Part shown: piece after piece, positions 47,205-49,296 of the stretch
Layout of the letters: each line of letters begins with the position of its first letter
How positions within the stretch are numbered: the stretch's first letter is position 1
Virus record (IMG/VR): IMGVR_UViG_3300032212_000021
Coordinates: 1-49,296 of that record
Direction: 5' to 3' (one strand)
Length of the DNA stretch: 49,296 nt
Source: a virus
Lineage: Duplodnaviria; Caudoviricetes
Made by a program: the position numbers and the translations under genes
Notes under the pieces: generated by a model
Database searches by the model: none
What the model saw: the letters and a program-made list of their open reading frames with translations, nothing else
What the model was told of the DNA's origin: nothing

Positions 47205-48065
47205 ATGAGAAACGTAACAGGTACGATAACGCTTCCCGACGGGAGTGCTTATGCAGACTCGGTACTATTGTTCACCCTTAAAGACAGATACGGCGTTGCG
47301 TATGATACCTTTGAGAAAGATACACTTGTGTATTTTAAAAAAGAGGTCACCACTGACGTCAACGGTTCATTTTCGATCTCCTTGTATGAGACATTGGACT
47401 CGGATGTGTACTGTTATTATGAACTTACGCTTTTAAGTAATCCTGAAATTGCGCCGGCGCAACTAGAGATAAGCAGTGGAGCCTTTGATGTTGATATCAC
47501 GGAGTTTATCTCTATCATCGATACGGGCTCAATACGATCGGTATCGGGAAATATAAAGACATTGACAGGGGTGGACTACGCCTTAAGAGATATCGTCTTT
47601 ACCTTGAAGAACAGATACGGGGTGGAGCTTGACACCTTTGATATTGATATGGAGATCCCTTCTACGTTTACGCTCACCACGGATAACATCGGAAACTTCT
47701 CTTCTGACTTTTATATTACAGAGATATCACAGATCTCCTGTTATTACGAGATGGGTTTTGACGCGGCATCCGAACTCCCAAATGTAGAGTTTGAGGTACT
47801 CAACGGTGCGGGAAATGTTGACCTGTATACCCTGCTAAACGGTATACAGGTCATTGACATAGATATATGCTCCTTTATTTCTATACTTGAGGATTACTGG
47901 GCAAGCATCAGTACGGTCCTTGTTACGCAGTACGCCAGTTTTATCAAGACATTTGAGGATTATCAAGACGGGTTTAATACGGACCTGTTTATGGCAAGCG
48001 TGGATCAAAGGATACAGGATATGCTCGGTTCATCATACACCTGTAGTGAACTGGAGATGATGTAG
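47205..48065 (+). CDS. Putative tail/fibre-attachment protein with two internally repeated beta domains
   Basis: RNVTG..YA..FTLKDRYGV..DTF..TTD..G.FS..CYYE repeated as RSVSG..YA..FTLKNRYGV..DTF..TTD..G.FS..CYYE. Confidence 0.6.
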   Translation: MRNVTGTITLPDGSAYADSVLLFTLKDRYGVAYDTFEKDTLVYFKKEVTTDVNGSFSISLYETLDSDVYCYYELTLLSNPEIAPAQLEISSGAFDVDITEFISIIDTGSIRSVSGNIKTLTGVDYALRDIVFTLKNRYGVELDTFDIDMEIPSTFTLTTDNIGNFSSDFYITEISQISCYYEMGFDAASELPNVEFEVLNGAGNVDLYTLLNGIQVIDIDICSFISILEDYWASISTVLVTQYASFIKTFEDYQDGFNTDLFMASVDQRIQDMLGSSYTCSELEMM

Positions 48066-49296
48066 ATGCCAAAGTTTATAGATGAAGTCAGAGAAGCCCT
48101 CGCGAACTACTCCGATATCGTAGCCAAACACACAGCGGTAACGGCGGCGGAGAGCGCGATAAGCCCGCACTATTTTAACATCGACCTTGTAGGAAACGAC
48201 TTGGCACTCGGCCCTGCTAACAGCGTTATCCTTCGCTCAATAGATCTGGCCAACAACACGGAGACCAATAGCGGTCTTGCCCAGACGGCGGCGGCGCAAG
48301 CCCAGTATCTTTATGAGCAGATGGTGACGTATAACCCTCCTATCGGCCCGCAGGGAATAGCGGGTCCTCAAGGGGCAACGGGCGCTACCGGACCGCAAGG
48401 CTTGCAGGGCACAAGAGGTGATCAGGGTTTGACCGGTCCACAGGGGGTACAGGGCATCCAAGGGGTACAAGGCCCAAAAGGTGCAGACGGTAGCTCGTTT
48501 ACCGTATCGGCGACGGGTACGCTTGCAGGAAGGGCGGTGTATGACACGGCGCTTATCCCATTCTCATACCTTGATACCTCTGCAGGAAACCTCTACATCA
48601 AGAACTCTGATACCGCAGGAGACTGGTCGGCGGGCATAGTCTTTGGAAAAGGAGATACGGGGCTTCCCGGACCGGAAGGGATACAAGGACCGCAAGGACC
48701 AGCAGGACCGCAAGGTTTGCAAGGTTTGCAAGGCGTTACCGGAAACCAAGGTGCTGCCGGACCGACGGGAAACATGGGACCGACCGGACCGCAAGGACTT
48801 ACCGGACCGACCGGACCGGCAGGGATACAAGGTCCTACGGGAACTCAAGGGGTGCGTGGATCACGGGGGTATTATATCCCTGTTGCCGTTGTCGTATGGA
48901 GTGATGTAACGGCAGACTCAGCGCCTGCAGGCGGAAAAATCGCTCAAGACGAGGTGACACAGTTCAACAGCGCCGCACTCTGGTCAGAGACAAGGTACTG
49001 GAACGGTGCGGGATGGGTGCTTATCCACAGGATCGTCGACGGTGTGATCGATTATGCCGCCGGTGTTGATACCCTAGAGTTTTTAGCGGTGGGTGCCAAA
49101 GCGGCTGACAGCGCCTTGCTAAACGGAAAAACCGTGATCAATTCGGTCGCAAGCACGGATATTTCTGCACCTGCATCGGCGGCTGCAGTGAAGAGTGCTT
49201 ATGATCTGGCGGCAACGAAGCTAAATTCGGGTGCCAAAGCGGCTGACAGCGCCTTGCTAAACGGAAAAACCGTGATCAATTCGGTCGCAAGCACGG
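48066..49296 (+). CDS. Collagen-repeat tail fibre, N-terminal part (missed by the ORF track; joins 1-575, about 560 aa in total)
   Basis: ATG 48066 MPKFIDEVREAL; Gly-X-Y blocks at about 48345-48492 and 48651-48870; no stop before the window end; 46-aa repeats. Confidence 0.88.
   Translation, partial: MPKFIDEVREALANYSDIVAKHTAVTAAESAISPHYFNIDLVGNDLALGPANSVILRSIDLANNTETNSGLAQTAAAQAQYLYEQMVTYNPPIGPQGIAGPQGATGATGPQGLQGTRGDQGLTGPQGVQGIQGVQGPKGADGSSFTVSATGTLAGRAVYDTALIPFSYLDTSAGNLYIKNSDTAGDWSAGIVFGKGDTGLPGPEGIQGPQGPAGPQGLQGLQGVTGNQGAAGPTGNMGPTGPQGLTGPTGPAGIQGPTGTQGVRGSRGYYIPVAVVVWSDVTADSAPAGGKIAQDEVTQFNSAALWSETRYWNGAGWVLIHRIVDGVIDYAAGVDTLEFLAVGAKAADSALLNGKTVINSVASTDISAPASAAAVKSAYDLAATKLNSGAKAADSALLNGKTVINSVAST

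Larger units (their letters stand above)
1..49296. mobile_element. Complete or near-complete temperate podovirus-like phage, probable phage-plasmid
   Basis: Terminase, portal, capsid, lysis, repressor, ParAB and plasmid-type Rep are all present; no host housekeeping flanks; 123-bp terminal identity. Confidence 0.9.

Noticed and set aside
49091-49296. Diversity-generating retroelement TR/VR pair in the tail fibre
   Set aside because: Repeats are identical rather than differing at adenines, and no reverse transcriptase motif was seen
1-49296. tRNA or rRNA genes
   Set aside because: None recognised by eye; a tRNAscan-SE run would be needed to exclude them

Overview
The window looks like an essentially complete temperate short-tailed (podovirus-like) phage genome that probably persists as a plasmid. 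Bases 1-123 are identical to 49174-49296, and a collagen-repeat tail fibre gene reads in frame across that junction, so the genome is about 49.17 kb and circular or circularly permuted. Recognisable modules: terminase, P22-like portal, scaffold, N4-gp56-like major capsid, putative ejection proteins, a holin/amidase/overlapping-spanin lysis cassette (Gram-negative host), a CI/Cro-like switch, and a lambda-O-like initiator with iterons plus a DnaB-like helicase. It also carries a DnaG primase, ParA/ParB, a ColE2-like Rep, a catalytic-domain-only tyrosine recombinase and a long leftward accessory operon. The host is tentatively Campylobacterota (inference from the look of the primase). Most notable: (1) an acyl-carrier-protein/ketosynthase fusion plus a GNAT-like gene inside the virion operon, directly before Met-Gly-starting putative ejection proteins, which is a candidate phage-encoded virion lipidation system; (2) a 2147-aa putative ejection protein with a Dam-like adenine methyltransferase domain; (3) a structured small RNA upstream of rep with one cis and one distant trans complementary target; (4) 16 dispersed copies of a 14-bp palindrome; (5) a repeated hairpin plus GAACGACGAC leader element; (6) a shared promoter-like element ahead of three separated structural operons. 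All calls come from motif recognition by eye; no database search was run.
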